Shown one piece after another: positions 13,979-26,202 of a DNA stretch of 64,000 bases. This DNA is from Octopus sinensis (Eukaryota). How positions within the stretch are numbered: the first letter of the stretch is position 1; every line of letters starts with the position of its first letter. A program made the position numbers and the translations under genes. Location of the stretch: NCBI RefSeq assembly GCF_006345805.1, contig NC_043005.1, forward strand, positions 15,810,001-15,874,000. The letters are read 5' to 3'. The notes under the pieces were generated by a model, which worked only from the letters and a program-made list of their open reading frames with translations, was not told the DNA's origin and searched no databases.

Positions 13979-14275
13979 CGTGGCCGATGCCAGCGCCGTC
14001 TTGACTGGCTTCCGTGCCGGTGGCACGTAAAATACACCAATCCGACCGTGGCCGTTGCCAGCCTCGCCTGGCACCTGTGCAGGTGGCACATAAAAAGCAC
14101 CCACTATACTCACGGAGTGGTTGGCGTTAGGAAGGGCATCCAGCTGTAGAAACATTGCCAGATAAGACTGGAGCCTGGTGCAGCCTTCTGGCTTCCCAGA
14201 TCCCCGGTCGAACCGTCCAACCCATGCTGGCATGGAGAACGGACGTTAAACGATGATGATGATGATGATGATGAT
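13978..14275 (+). mobile_element. 5'-truncated LINE 3' UTR (RTE clade) with (GAT)n tail
   Basis: GGCACGTAAAA(A)GCACC units, GGAAGGGCATCCAGC, ..GGACGTTAAACGATGATGAT; short copy at 642-730. Confidence 0.75.
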
Positions 14276-14561
14276 ATATATATATTCACATATATATTTA
14301 CATTAACAGGCTTTCCCTCTCTCCAGTGATGGGACAGTTAGATTACATGGAAATCCTTACTCAATACCATAAGCTCCATATGCTTAGCTATTCTTGAAAC
14401 AGATGTAAGAGACTTTATGTATTTACTGTACTACTCTACACCATGTTTAAATTATAAATTAGATGGTATAAAGTGATACCACATGTTTTGTTTGCTTATT
14501 CTCTATTTCTAATATGTACACACACACACACATACACACACACACACCACACACACACACA

Positions 14562-14592
<31 letters not shown>

Positions 14593-14772
14593 GTGTGTGC
14601 ATTTATGTGTGATTGTGTCTTCTTGCCTTAACATTGTGTGATATTTGTAGGCAAGTGTCACTGTCCTTCGTTTCCACTCTGCCATAACAACAAGTCACTC
14701 TGCCATAACAAACAGGTGAGGGTTGGCTAAAAGAAGGGCATCCAGCTGCAGAAAACCCAACTGATCAAATTC

Positions 14773-15007
14773 TTATTTCTTTACTGCCCACAAGGGGCTA
14801 CACACAGAGGAGACAAACAAAGACAGACAAACGGATTAAGGTGATTATATCGACCCCAGTGCATAACTGGTACTTATTTAATCGACCCCGAAAGGATGAA
14901 AGGCAAAGTCGACCTTGGCAGAATTTGAACTCAGGACGTGGTGGCAAACGAAATACCGCTAAGCATTTCGCCTGGCGTGCTCACGTTTCTGCCAGCTTAC
15001 CACCTTC
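14773..15007 (-). mobile_element. SINE family D
   Basis: Alignable to 20333-20569. Confidence 0.85.
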
Positions 15008-15163
15008 TGATCAAATTCTGTTGGACTATTTATGCATGGAGAAGTGAATATTAAAACAAAACAATGATGATGATGATGATGATGACAATGATGATAACAA
15101 TGATGACAATGATGATGATAATGATAGTACACATACATATTACATTATATTTAAAACTTTAAA

Positions 15164-16523
15164 TCAGGTTGTCCCATAAATAACATCTGAAATATTATAC
15201 ATGTAATTTCTATTAAATTTTACAGTATTCTAAAATGTCAAATGGTATTGGTTGATATTCATATGAATTTGGAAACCATTAACTTAATATAATTCCTTTC
15301 TACAGAATTAATTACATATAGTAATCCCTCAAAGATGGAAATATCGAAGGAGCATTTAGGGCACATAATGCTTTATGATTTCAAAAAGGGAAACTGTGGA
15401 GGAGAAGCGACCTGAAATATCCTTTCTGTTTACTGGAAAGAGTGCTTGAATGAAAGATGGTTTGCAAAGTTCAAAAATTGTGATTTCAAATTAAAACAGA
15501 GGCCATGAATAGGACGACCTATAGATTTTCATAATGAGCTTTTTTGGTCAGAGCTTGAGAAGGATAAAGCTGTGTTAGTTGAAGAATTGGTAAGTAAGCT
15601 CAATTAAAGCCATTCAACTGTTCCCCACCATCTTCAACAGCTTGGAAAGGTGCCCAATCTTGGAAAATGGGTTCCCCATGATTTGATAGAAGCTAAGTGA
15701 AAATCATAAGAGGACATCTGCTCATCTTTTCACTTTCTTGAATGTATCTTACCATTTTTGGACAGATTAGTGACTGGTGAGGAAAATTAGGATTTTCATG
15801 AAAATGTTAAGTGACATAGGCTATGGCTTGGTTGTGGAGAATAGGCAAAACCACAATCCAAAAAGGAGCTTCGTGCAAAAAAGTTGCTTCTTTCGGTTTG
15901 GTGGGATTGCATTGGAGTCATCTACTTTGAGCTGCTACCAACTAATACAACAATTACTGCTCACACCTATAGCCAACAAGTGGAGCATTTGGATGCTGCT
16001 TTGAAGGAAAACGTGGCCTACTTTGATGAATTGTAATGGAGTGGTGTTTCATTATAATAATGCAAGGCCCCACACTGCAAAGATTACCTCAGAAAAAAGT
16101 CAAAGAACTTGGCTAGGAAAAAATCCTTTACCCGCTTTACTTCCCTAGACTTGTTCCTTCTGTTTACCATTTGTTTCGAAGCTTACAGAATCATTTAGAT
16201 GGATTAGTACTGAAAAGCCCCAAAGAAGTTGAAACTGACCTCTCTTCCTTTTTATCATCAAAACCAAAAGTTTTTTTCACCAATGGAATTAAAAACCTGA
16301 TGAGTAAATGGAAGGAAGTCATCGATAAGGATGAGACAGGAGTGGCTGCATGGTAAGTAGCTTGCTTATCAACCACATGGTTCTGGGTTTAATCCTACTG
16401 CTTGGCACCTTGGGCGAGTGTCTTCTACTCTAGCCTCAGGCCGACCAAAGCCTTGTGAGTGGATTTGGTAGACAGAAACTGAAAGAAGCCCACTGTATAT
16501 ATATGTGTGTGTGTGTGTATGTA

Positions 16524-16571
<48 letters not shown>

Positions 16572-16877
16572 TGTGTCTGTGTTTATCGCCCTCAGCATCG
16601 TTTGACAACTGATGTTGGTGTGTTTACGTCCCTGTAACTTAGCAGTTCGGCAAAAGAGACGACAGAATAAGTACCAGGCTTACAAAGAATAAGTCCTGGA
16701 GTCGATTCGTTCGACTAAGGGCATTGCTCCAGCATGGCCACAGTCAAATGACTGAAACAAATAAAAGGATAAAAGAAAGGGATTAAATTTTAATAAAATG
16801 TAAAACTGATTACTTTTTTCTTTTTATTTTTTTTTTGCTTACCCCAAATTTGGACATTAGTTATGGGATGACCTGAT
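15164..16877 (+). mobile_element. Near full-length decayed mariner transposon with a SINE nested inside
   Basis: TIRs TCAGGTTGTCCCATAA (15164) and TTATGGGATGACCTGA (16861-16876). Disrupted transposase from ATG 15335 (MEISKEHLGHIMLYDFKKG ... NNARPH ... YHLFRSLQNHL). About 1.27 kb once the SINE is removed. Confidence 0.85.
16335..16776 (+). mobile_element. SINE family B nested in mariner
   Basis: Full copy interrupting the transposase C-terminus (KWKEVIDKD|). Confidence 0.85.
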
Positions 16878-16899
16878 GTATTTGTGAAATATTACTTAC

Positions 16900-16953
16900 T
16901 TTACGGCCTGTTGGTCCTTGAACACCTGGGGAACCAAATTCACCTGGTGGTCC
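16900..16953 (-). CDS. Collagen helix exon, 54 bp
   Basis: GPPGEFGSPGVQGPTGRK; AG/GTAAG. Confidence 0.96.
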
Positions 16954-17140
16954 CTAGAATATAAAAAATATTGTGAGTTGAACAGAACTAAAGAGTAATA
17001 CACAGGTAAAGACTGCAAGTTGAGTTGATTAATGAAAACTACAAAAATATTAGAGCACAGATGATAAATATATGGCCCTATGACAGAATCTACAATGGTG
17101 TACATGATTATTTGATTGAACTATGATGTATATGAATTAG

Positions 17141-17534
17141 TAGTAAACATTAGTAAACACTCCGTCGGTTACGACGACGAGGGTTCCGGTTGATTCGATC
17201 AACGGAACAGCCTGCTCGTGAAATTAACGTGTAAGTGGCTGAGCACTCCACAGACACGTGTACCCTTAACGTAGTTCTCGGGGATATTCAGCGTGACACA
17301 GAGAGTGACAAAGCCGACCCTTTGAAATACAGGTACAACAGAAACAGGAAGTAAGAGTGAGAGAAAGTTGTGGTGAAAGAGTACAGCAGGGATCACCCCC
17401 ATCCCTGCCGGAGCCTCGTGGAGCTTTAGGTGTTTTCGCTCAATAAACTCTCACAACGCCCGGTCTGGGAATCGAAACTGCGATCCTATGACCGCGAGTC
17501 CGCTGCCCTAACCACTGGGCCATTGCACCTCCAC
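17141..17534 (-). mobile_element. SINE family A, tail type 1
   Basis: Near-identical to 25797-26202; TSD GTATATGAATTAG (17128-17140 / 17535-17547). Confidence 0.9.
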
Positions 17535-18031
17535 GTATATGAATTAGAACATAGAACAGAATGTATATGATAGTCTATATAATAGAGAATATTGTAGTGT
17601 ATATGATAATGTAAATGATAGACTGGATAAGAATGTATGTGACAGAGAATATGATAGTGTATTTTAATTAGAATATGTGATAGGGCAGAATGGAGAAGAG
17701 AATGATAGATTATGATAGAACACATGGTATATGGTTGGTTATATGAGAGATGATAAGATAGTGCTTATGACAGAAATTTTGATAGGACTATATGATAGTT
17801 TATATGACACAAAATATGACAGTGTAAGTGAATTAATGTATATGGTAGAACATCATATAGAGTGTATGATAAAAGGCGTGAGAGAGCATATGATATGAAT
17901 ATGAATATGTATTAGAGAATGTAATAGAGAGTATAATAGACTATGCAATAAATTATATGGTAGTATATATGAATTAGAATATAAAATAAAGTATATAATT
18001 TGTCATAAATGATAGAGAGCACAATATATAT

Positions 18032-18394
18032 ATAGCCTGGTCGGTCACGGTGATCACGGTGATGTATATATATATATATACATCACCGTGATCACAATGA
18101 ACGACCAGGCTATCAGATGTTGCTACACATCGCTGGTCACAATGCGCTTCGCATTGTTTTAGCCTCCAAATAACACCACCCCACTGTCTAAGCGAGCAGG
18201 CCAACAGAAGAAAGAGTGAGAGAAAGTTGTGGCGAAAGAGTACAGCAGGGATCGCCACCACCCCCTGCTAGAGCTGCGTGGAGCTTTAGGTGTTTTTCGC
18301 TCAATAAACACTCACAATGCCCGGTCTGGGAATCGAAACCGCGATCGTACAACCGCGAGTCCGCTGCCCTAACCACTTGGCCATTACGCCTCCA
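18032..18394 (-). mobile_element. SINE family A, tail type 2, with fold-back 3' end
   Basis: Same head and core as family A, with an unrelated tail from about 18205 leftwards. Confidence 0.85.
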
Positions 18395-18881
18395 CACACA
18401 CACACACACAAACATACATATATATATATATAGAGAGAGAGAGAGAAAGAGAGAGAAAAGCAATATAGACAGAGCATATGAATAACAGCATGATAGAACA
18501 TAGTGAAATACTGGTGGTAGTTCAGCAAAACCCTATTGTATTGTGATCCCAAATGGTAACAGTAGCAAGCTTTAGTTACCCATGGCACCTAAGATGCAGA
18601 TAAAAATATACACATCGGTGGACTGTGTCATTGAGAGTTGAACATTATTGCTGGTGATAACACACAGACATTCAACTCTTTAGAAATGACTTAAGGAGAG
18701 TGTGAAACACACTAAATAATGAGGTTTCCATAGTTAAATCAAATTGAACCCCAAACTAATTGGCAAGCTGTTGCATTCCATCTCCCAATAGTGCTCAAGT
18801 TTTGCCATGTGTAGGGTTTATGCTTGCAGTAAGGACTACATTGGTTACTCCTATCATAGTATTACAGGAAAGCGAACTTAC

Positions 18882-18935
18882 TGGTGGTCCTGGTGCTCCT
18901 TGCAAACCTGTTGGTCCTTGTGGTCCAATTGGTCC
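18882..18935 (-). CDS. Collagen helix exon, 54 bp
   Basis: GPIGPQGPTGLQGAPGPP; AG/GTAAG. Confidence 0.96.
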
Positions 18936-20332
18936 CTGAATTTGAAAAGAAACAAAGATATTATGTGCTGTAATCATATACACAAATACAGAATTAAATA
19001 GTGATTTATAACTTAGATACAAGGTCACAATCATTAGTGTTAATTTATTTATTTATTCTTCATTAAGGTTGAAGTTAATTTGATTAACTTGACTGCCATT
19101 TACTTTATCATTCTCAGAAAGAGAAAAGCCAAGTTGACATTAGTAAGATTTGAATTCATAAGGCAGAGAGAAGTAATTAAATGCCAAAAGGAAATTATTC
19201 AGCACTTTACCATTTTTGCAATTCCACTGCCTTCATAAATGAAATAATTATTCCAAGAAATAGTCTTAAAATTAGGCATAGAGCTCTTGTTAAATTGTTA
19301 AGGTTTTTTGTGAAATATGAATGAAGTTGATGAAATTGATGTTTATCAGTTTTAAAGTTGTATGATTTGTTTTACTTTCATAAAAAATAATTCCTGATAT
19401 GATAAAAGATGACTTTGAGATTTGATTTAAATTTTAAGTTCCGGATTTTATAATAATGAGCTTATTGTGCTGAGTTGTGTTCTTAATTTAACCATTCTTA
19501 AACTGAAAATTGATTCCTGACGGATATGGAAAATATTTGCCTTTCTAACAGAACAGAAATTTAAGAATGGGTTGTCAGAAATGGCAACTGTTTTGTTGAG
19601 GGAATATATGCTGTTTTCTTTGAAATATTACAGATGATGGCAATGATGGACTCATTGTATTTGGGAATTGCTTTCATCCTCCTCTTAGGATCAACTGATC
19701 TCAGTTTGGATGATCTTCAAAGATCTGGTTGTGTCCAAATATGTTGCTCAAAGCAACAAATCAAAATAGAGATGAATTGTGTTGCCATTTTATATTCCCA
19801 TGATGTCATCTTTTATATTCCTCCTACCTTCCAAACTACAATGAAACCTTTTGGCAATCAGCCAAAAGGATCTCCGTCAACTTTATGGAATTCTCCTTTA
19901 CACCACTTCTCAGCTAAGATAGTTCAGTGAACAGTACTCTTGTGTGAAAAACCTCCACATGAGCCAACCATTTTTCATTCAAGTCCATACTGTACATATT
20001 AGGTATATCTTCTTCAAAGCTATCCATTTCCACTCCACAAAGATCACCTACTCACACCTACACATACCCATGTATTGGCTAAACACTTCAAACACATATA
20101 TTGGCTACACACTATTGCTAAACACTTCAATCACTCTGCTCATTCTCCCCCTCTCTCTATCTGTTTCGCTCTTTCTCTCTTCCACTTTCTCTCTAACTCA
20201 CACAGCAGTGATATATCATGTGGGAACATGTTACCGTGTATCCTTTTCCTAGGAAGAGCAACCTCTCTGACTTTGATGGTTACTTTTCTATAGCACTCAC
20301 TTCAGTATTGCACAGATACTGAACATACCATT

Positions 20333-20569
20333 ATCTGTTTCTTTATTACCCACAAGGGGCTAAACATAGGGGGGACAAACAAGGACAGACAAACGGATTA
20401 AGTCGATTACATCGACCCCAGTGCTTAACTGGTACTTAATTTATCGACCCTGAAAGGATGAAAGGTAAAGTTGACCTCGGCGTGATTTGAACTCTGAACG
20501 TAGCAGCAGACGAAATACGGCTACGCATTTCACCCGGCGTGCTAAAGTTTCTGCCAGCTCGCCGCCTTA
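20333..20569 (-). mobile_element. tRNA-derived SINE family D
   Basis: Head GGCGGCGAGCTGGCAGAA..GAGTTCAAAT, core GTCAACTTTACCTTTCATCCTTTCAGGGTCGAT. Other copies at about 4488(+), 22530(-), 29470(-), 30184(-), 38389(+), 39888(+), 41290(+) and 59020(-). Confidence 0.85.
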
Positions 20570-21125
20570 TCAATTAACTATTATCAATTAACTTCTCCAA
20601 CCTTGAACCTCTCTTCAATCTTAGTGACATTGAATATGGCCTTTTCTAAAACCAGATCTACTTGAAATTTACTTTTATGCCACTTATAATCAGGATCTTG
20701 TCCTCAAATAATTTTGGGGCAATTTTGTTGCCATCAACATTTACAAAACTTTTAATCATGTCAGGAATACATATCTATTATCAGAAATATCTGTCTAATA
20801 ATAAACAAACCTTTGTGCCCCACATCCTCTCATACAGAACTGGTTGAGGGTTATGCATTAAAACTTTCTTACTTTAAAGAAATTGATAGGTCTTAAATGC
20901 TTAAGTATTAACTGATAGGTCTTAAGTGCTAGAATGATATGTATAAACTGAGAGGTCTTGAATGATAGAATATGCGTAAACCGATGGGTCTTAAATAGCA
21001 GAATATATGTGTATATTGATAAATTTTAAATGGTAGCATATATATAATTTTATAGGCCTTAAATGATAATTTATAAGTATAAACTATTAAGTCTTAAATA
21101 GAGAAATATAAGTTTTGTAACTTAC

Positions 21126-21179
21126 CATGCCACCTTCATCTCCTTTGAGACCACGTTCTCCTGCAGGTCCAAGGTCTCC
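21126..21179 (-). CDS. Collagen helix exon, 54 bp
   Basis: GDLGPAGERGLKGDEGGM; AG/GTAAG. Confidence 0.96.
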
Positions 21180-21293
21180 CTGTAAAAATTTTTAAAAGAA
21201 AGTTTGTTTTTATTCATACATCAATGTGTTTTTTTCTCATTACTTGTTCATTAATATCACACACCTTTCAATAGATTATAATGCATTCTATTA

Positions 21294-21861
21294 TTGGGTT
21301 GTCCGGAAAGTTTGTGCCGATTTATAATAGCTTACCTTTCGACTTATTTTAGAACATGGTTGAGTCTATAAAATAGTATTTGGCTATACCTTCATTTAGA
21401 GCACAGTTTAAGCTATCTTTTCGTGGAAGAAGATTTATGTTCCAATAACCTGTGTTAATTCTGTTACCCTTTAAAATGGAAGATAACAAAGTTCCTTTTC
21501 GGCACTTGATGCTTTGGGAACCAGACAAAAATTGCTGCACCTCGGCTGGGATGTGTTACCCCACCCTCCATATTCACCAGATATTGCTCCTTCGGATTTC
21601 CACTTATTCAGGTCTCTGCAGAATAGTCTTAATGGTAAAAAATTTCAATTCCTTGGATGACGTAAAAAGATACCTTGATGAATTGTTTGCCATGAAACCA
21701 CCTCAATTCTGGGAAGAGGGTATTTTCAAGTTAAAGGAAAGATGGAGATGCATTGTGCAACAAAATGGTTCATATTTGGTTGATTAAAGATGTAATGTCA
21801 AGTATTTATTAACCTTTTTTCTTTCCTTTAAAAATCGGCATGAACTTTCCGGACAACCCAA
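21294..21861 (+). mobile_element. Internally deleted non-autonomous mariner element
   Basis: About 30-bp TIRs TTGGGTTGTCCGGAAAGTT/AACTTTCCGGACAACCCAA with TA on both sides. N-terminus MEDNKVPFRHLMLWE is joined to C-terminal HPPYSPDIAPSDFHLFRSLQ...GSYLVD*. Confidence 0.92.
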
Positions 21862-23214
21862 TAAATGGAGTACAGAATATACTGAAATGTGATCAAGTGG
21901 CTATGAGGCTAATGTGCTAGATTAACAACATGGTTCAAATCTTCCTACCACAGTTATTGTATTATGACTTCAGATGAAAGCACAAAATTTCGTTTACTTT
22001 GCTCTGTCTTTACTGATATCAAGATTTATCTTAGCTAATAAATCTTATAAAATAAAATTCTATGATAACCATAACAGTTATAAAATCAGTAGCTGATTTT
22101 TATTTCCCTTTTATAAGAAAATGATAGGTTCAGGTGACAGATACACCATAAGATAATAAAATAGCAATATTAACTCTTAGTATTCTGTTGAAAATTGTTT
22201 GAGTGTAACACTCAGTCTTTTAATAAATCTGTAAGAGAATAAAAATGAATGATAGAAGAGAATAGTTTTCTCCTTTCTTTATATATTTCAAAATGAATGT
22301 AAACAAGGTTAGTATAATTAATGTGATGTCATATGTTTCAAGTTTGGCTGACTGATTCAGGATTGGGTAGTACTGTATTGTACAGAAAGTTAAAAGAAAT
22401 AAGAGAATTTCAATGGGGTTTAGAGGGTTTATAGGAGTATTACTAATAAGAGGTAAACATTTTTCACTATTCATGTTAATGGTTAATCTATCACTACAGC
22501 TAATATACTTCACAATAAATAATAGTATTATTCTTATTTCTTTACTGCCCACAAGGGGCTACACACAGAGGGGACAAACAATGACAGACAAATGGATTAA
22601 GTTGATTATATCGATCCCAGTGCCTAACTGGTACTTATTTAATCGACCCCGAAAGGATGAAAGGCAAAGTTGACCTTGGAGGAATTTGAACTCAGAATGT
22701 AACGGCAGACAAAATATTGCTAACGTTTCTGCCAGCTCGCTGCTTTATGCAGAATAATGGTATTATTCTGCATTGGTAAGGTGGAAAGCTGACAGACTCA
22801 TTAGCACACCAGTCAAAATGCATGTTTGTACATACATACTCACACACATGCTCACTTACACAATCAGTTTCTCTCAATCAAGTTATTCATAAGGCGTTGG
22901 GCAATTTGAGGTGACAGAAGAAGACACTTGCCAAAGTTGTCACAGTGTGATTGAACTCAGGAAATGTGATGGTTTGAGATGGGGAATGGGTGAGAGAGTG
23001 AATATAGCAAGAACAAAAACTGAAGGTTGATAAGTAGGAAAAGTAGAGAAGAGTAGGTGACAACTGTAGAAATTCAATAGAGTTGAGGAGTGACCAATGA
23101 TACACTTGAGTTTGTAGTGAGGGTAAACAAGAAGAGATGACTGACAGTACACAAAAGAGGGGAAGAGTAGCAGGATAGGACAAGGGAATGCTAAGAGATG
23201 TGACAAAGAGAGAA

Positions 23215-23282
<68 letters not shown>

Positions 23283-23725
23283 TTACTTGTGGTTGGGTAG
23301 TTTGTAGTAAATGAGGACAGACATGTAGCAGTCATGGAGGAAAGATAATGTGGTCACTCTGGAGGGTGATCTATGTAAAATGGGAGTGGAGAGGACAGTA
23401 TTAGAAATGAAAGAGGGATATCAAGTGAAATGTTTCCAAGTAGCAAGTAAGATAAATAGTATCAGAGAAAAACTGGTGACGTATACAGCTCTGTTCACAT
23501 GTGATTGCAGCAGTAGAATACTGCAGTTAGAGAGATGACTGGTGGGGGACCATGCAACACTGTTCTAAAGTTTTGTTAGTGTTAGAACAGGTTCTGACAC
23601 TGGAAAAGTTTTCTTTGGTTTAGTTAATATCATTTTGTGAAGTTAGTACATGGAAGAACATCTGTTCATCAAAAGAAAAAAAACATTCCAAATCTTTTCC
23701 CCATTCTGGGTACCAATGGCACCTA

Positions 23726-24410
23726 CATCATCATCATCATCATCCTCATCATCGTTTAATGTCTGCTTTCCATGTTAGCATGCGTTGAACGATTTGACTG
23801 AGGACTGGCGAACCAGATGGTTGCACCAGGCTCCAATCTGATCTGGCAGAGTTTCTACAGCTGGATGCCCCTCCTAATGCCAACCACTCCGAGAGCGTAG
23901 TGGGTGCTTTTCTGCGCCACCAGCACAAGGGCCAGTCAGGTGGTACTGGTAACAGACACGCTCAAATGGTGTTTTTATGTGCCACCTGCACAGGAGCCAG
24001 TCTAGCAGCACTGGCAACGACCTCGCTTGAATGTTTTTCACGTGCCACCAGCACAAGTGCCAGTAGGGCAACACTGGTAACGATCACACTCGAATGGTGC
24101 TTTTTACGTGCCACCAGCATGGAAGCCAGTTAGCTGCTCTGGCAACGATCATGGTCGGATGGTGCGCTTAGCGCTCCACTAGCACGGATGCCATCAAATA
24201 TGATTTCGATTTCACTTGCCTCAACACAAGTGCCAGTAGGGTGATGCTGGTAACGATCACACTCGAATGGTGCTTTTTACGTGCCACCAGCATGGAAGCC
24301 AGTTAGCTGCTCTGGCAACGATCATGGTCGGATGGTGCGCTTAGCGCTCCACTAGCACGGATACCAGCCAACAAATATGATTTCGATTTCACTTGCCTCA
24401 ACAGGTCTTC
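23726..24410 (-). mobile_element. RTE LINE 3' end with expanded internal repeats
   Basis: (CAT)n tail at left, multiple GGTGCTTTTTACGTGCC units, and a 173/177-bp tandem duplication. Confidence 0.75.
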
Positions 24411-24691
24411 AACTGGTCAGTCGAGTAAAAATTCAACTGGTCTGAGTTGTTACATTGCCCTCCACACAATGAATTATTGCATGGCACAAGAGTACTAGAT
24501 AACCTGTCCTCAAACAGATGGAGGCATAGAATATCCAGTGTACTTGATCATTTGTTGGTCTCATCCAGATGTCAAACCCCTTACTTGTCATGGATCTGTT
24601 TCATCAGGCTTCAACAAATTCCCGAACCTTGTCAACCAATGATATGTTGTGATAATGAGATATTCATTGGTAAGCAAAATTTATTACTAAC

Positions 24692-24745
24692 CTTGTCTCC
24701 TTCTTCTCCAGGTGATCCAACAGGTCCGGCTGGTCCAGGATAACC
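24692..24745 (-). CDS. Collagen helix exon, 54 bp
   Basis: GYPGPAGPVGSPGEEGDK; AG/GTTAG. Confidence 0.96.
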
Positions 24746-24783
24746 CTAGAAACATGAAATGAAACATGAAATGAAACATTTAA

Positions 24784-24873
24784 ATATTATTATTATCATC
24801 ATCATTACTACTACTACTACTACTACTACTATTACTACTACTACAAATACTAATACTGCTACTACTGCTACTG

Positions 24874-24917
<44 letters not shown>

Positions 24918-24985
24918 GCTGCTGCTGCTATTACTACTACTACTACTACTACTACTACTGTACATCCAACTACTATAACTAGCAT
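24784..24985. repeat. (CTA)n / (ATT)n compound microsatellite
   Basis: Direct reading. Confidence 0.95.
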
Positions 24986-25130
24986 TCTTTATTTCCAACA
25001 TTCTTGGTTTGTTGCATGAATTGGCCATGTAATTCCATTTCATTCCATTTGCTTGTTCTGTTGTTCTTCCTGTTCTTTTGTTTCAGTCACATTTTGAGCA
25101 TCTCTAGCTGCCTATGATATTCTTTCTTGA

Positions 25131-25524
25131 CTCTTTTACTCTTTTACTCTTTTACTTGTTTCAGTCATTTAACTGTGGCCATGCTGGAGCACCGCCTTTA
25201 GTCGAGCAAATCGACCCCGGGACTTATTCTTTGTAAGCCCGAACCGCTAAGTGACGGGACGTAAACACACCAGCATCGGTTGTCAAGCGATGATGGGGGG
25301 ACAAACACAGACACACAAACATATACACACACATACATATACATATATATATACATATATACGACAGGCTTCTTTCAGTTTCCGTCTACCATATCCACTC
25401 ACAAGGCATTGGTCGGCCCGGGGCTATAGCAGAAGACACTTGCCCAAGATGCCACGCAGTGGGACTGAACCCGGAACCATGTGATTGGTTAGCAAGCTAC
25501 TTACCACACAGCCACTCCTGCGCC
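25131..25524 (-). mobile_element. SINE family B with internal deletion
   Basis: Reads TGTAAGCC|CGAACCGC; about 28 bp lost between GCC microhomologies relative to the other copies. Confidence 0.85.
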
Positions 25525-25796
25525 TCTGTACAACATAACTTTTTCTACTCCAATATTACTCTACTAACAGTATTTTCTGCATCTATCAATCTTTTGCCCC
25601 TTTCATTTCTTGGTAGGCAGAGTCTGTCAGTATTATTTTTAGGGTGATGTGCATTGTGCATTGCAAGCAGTTTCCTAGTTCTAAGTTTTGCAGCTTGAAC
25701 ATTGTTTAATTCAGAAAGGGAGCAGAATATCTTGATACTGGCATAGCCCATACATTTATTGTTTTAATGATATTCCTTTCATTTAATTTTGTTACA

Positions 25797-26202
25797 GTGG
25801 AGGCGCAATGGCCCAGTGGTTAGGGCAGCGGACTCGCGGTCATAGGATCGCGGTTTCGATTCCCAGACCGGGTGTTGTGAGTGTTTATTGAGCGAAAACA
25901 CCTAAAAGCTCCACGAGGCTCCGGCAGGGAATGGTGGTGATCCCTGCTGTACTCTTTCACCACAACTTTCTCTCACTCTTACTTCCTGTTTCTGTTGTAC
26001 CTGTATTTCAAAGGGCCGGCCTTGTCACTCTTTGTGTCACGCTGAATATCCCCGAGAACTACGTTAAGGGTACACATGTCTGTGGAGTGCTCAGCCACTT
26101 ACACGTTAATTTCATGAGCAGGCTGTTCCGTTGATTCGGATCAACCGGAACCCTCGTCGTCGTAACCGACGGAGTGCTTCCAAAAAAAAAAAAAAAAAAA
26201 AA
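25797..26202 (+). mobile_element. tRNA-derived SINE family A (tRNA-Arg-like head), tail type 1, young copy
   Basis: A box TGGCCCAGTGG, B box GGTTTCGATTCCC, CT-TCG-like anticodon loop, A21 tail, TSD AATTTTGTTACA (25785-25796 / 26201-26212). Confidence 0.9.

Noticed and set aside
25797-25870. tRNA gene-like sequence (also the heads of other SINE copies)
   Set aside because: It has A and B boxes but no acceptor stem closure and continues into the SINE body; it is a SINE head, not a tRNA gene.
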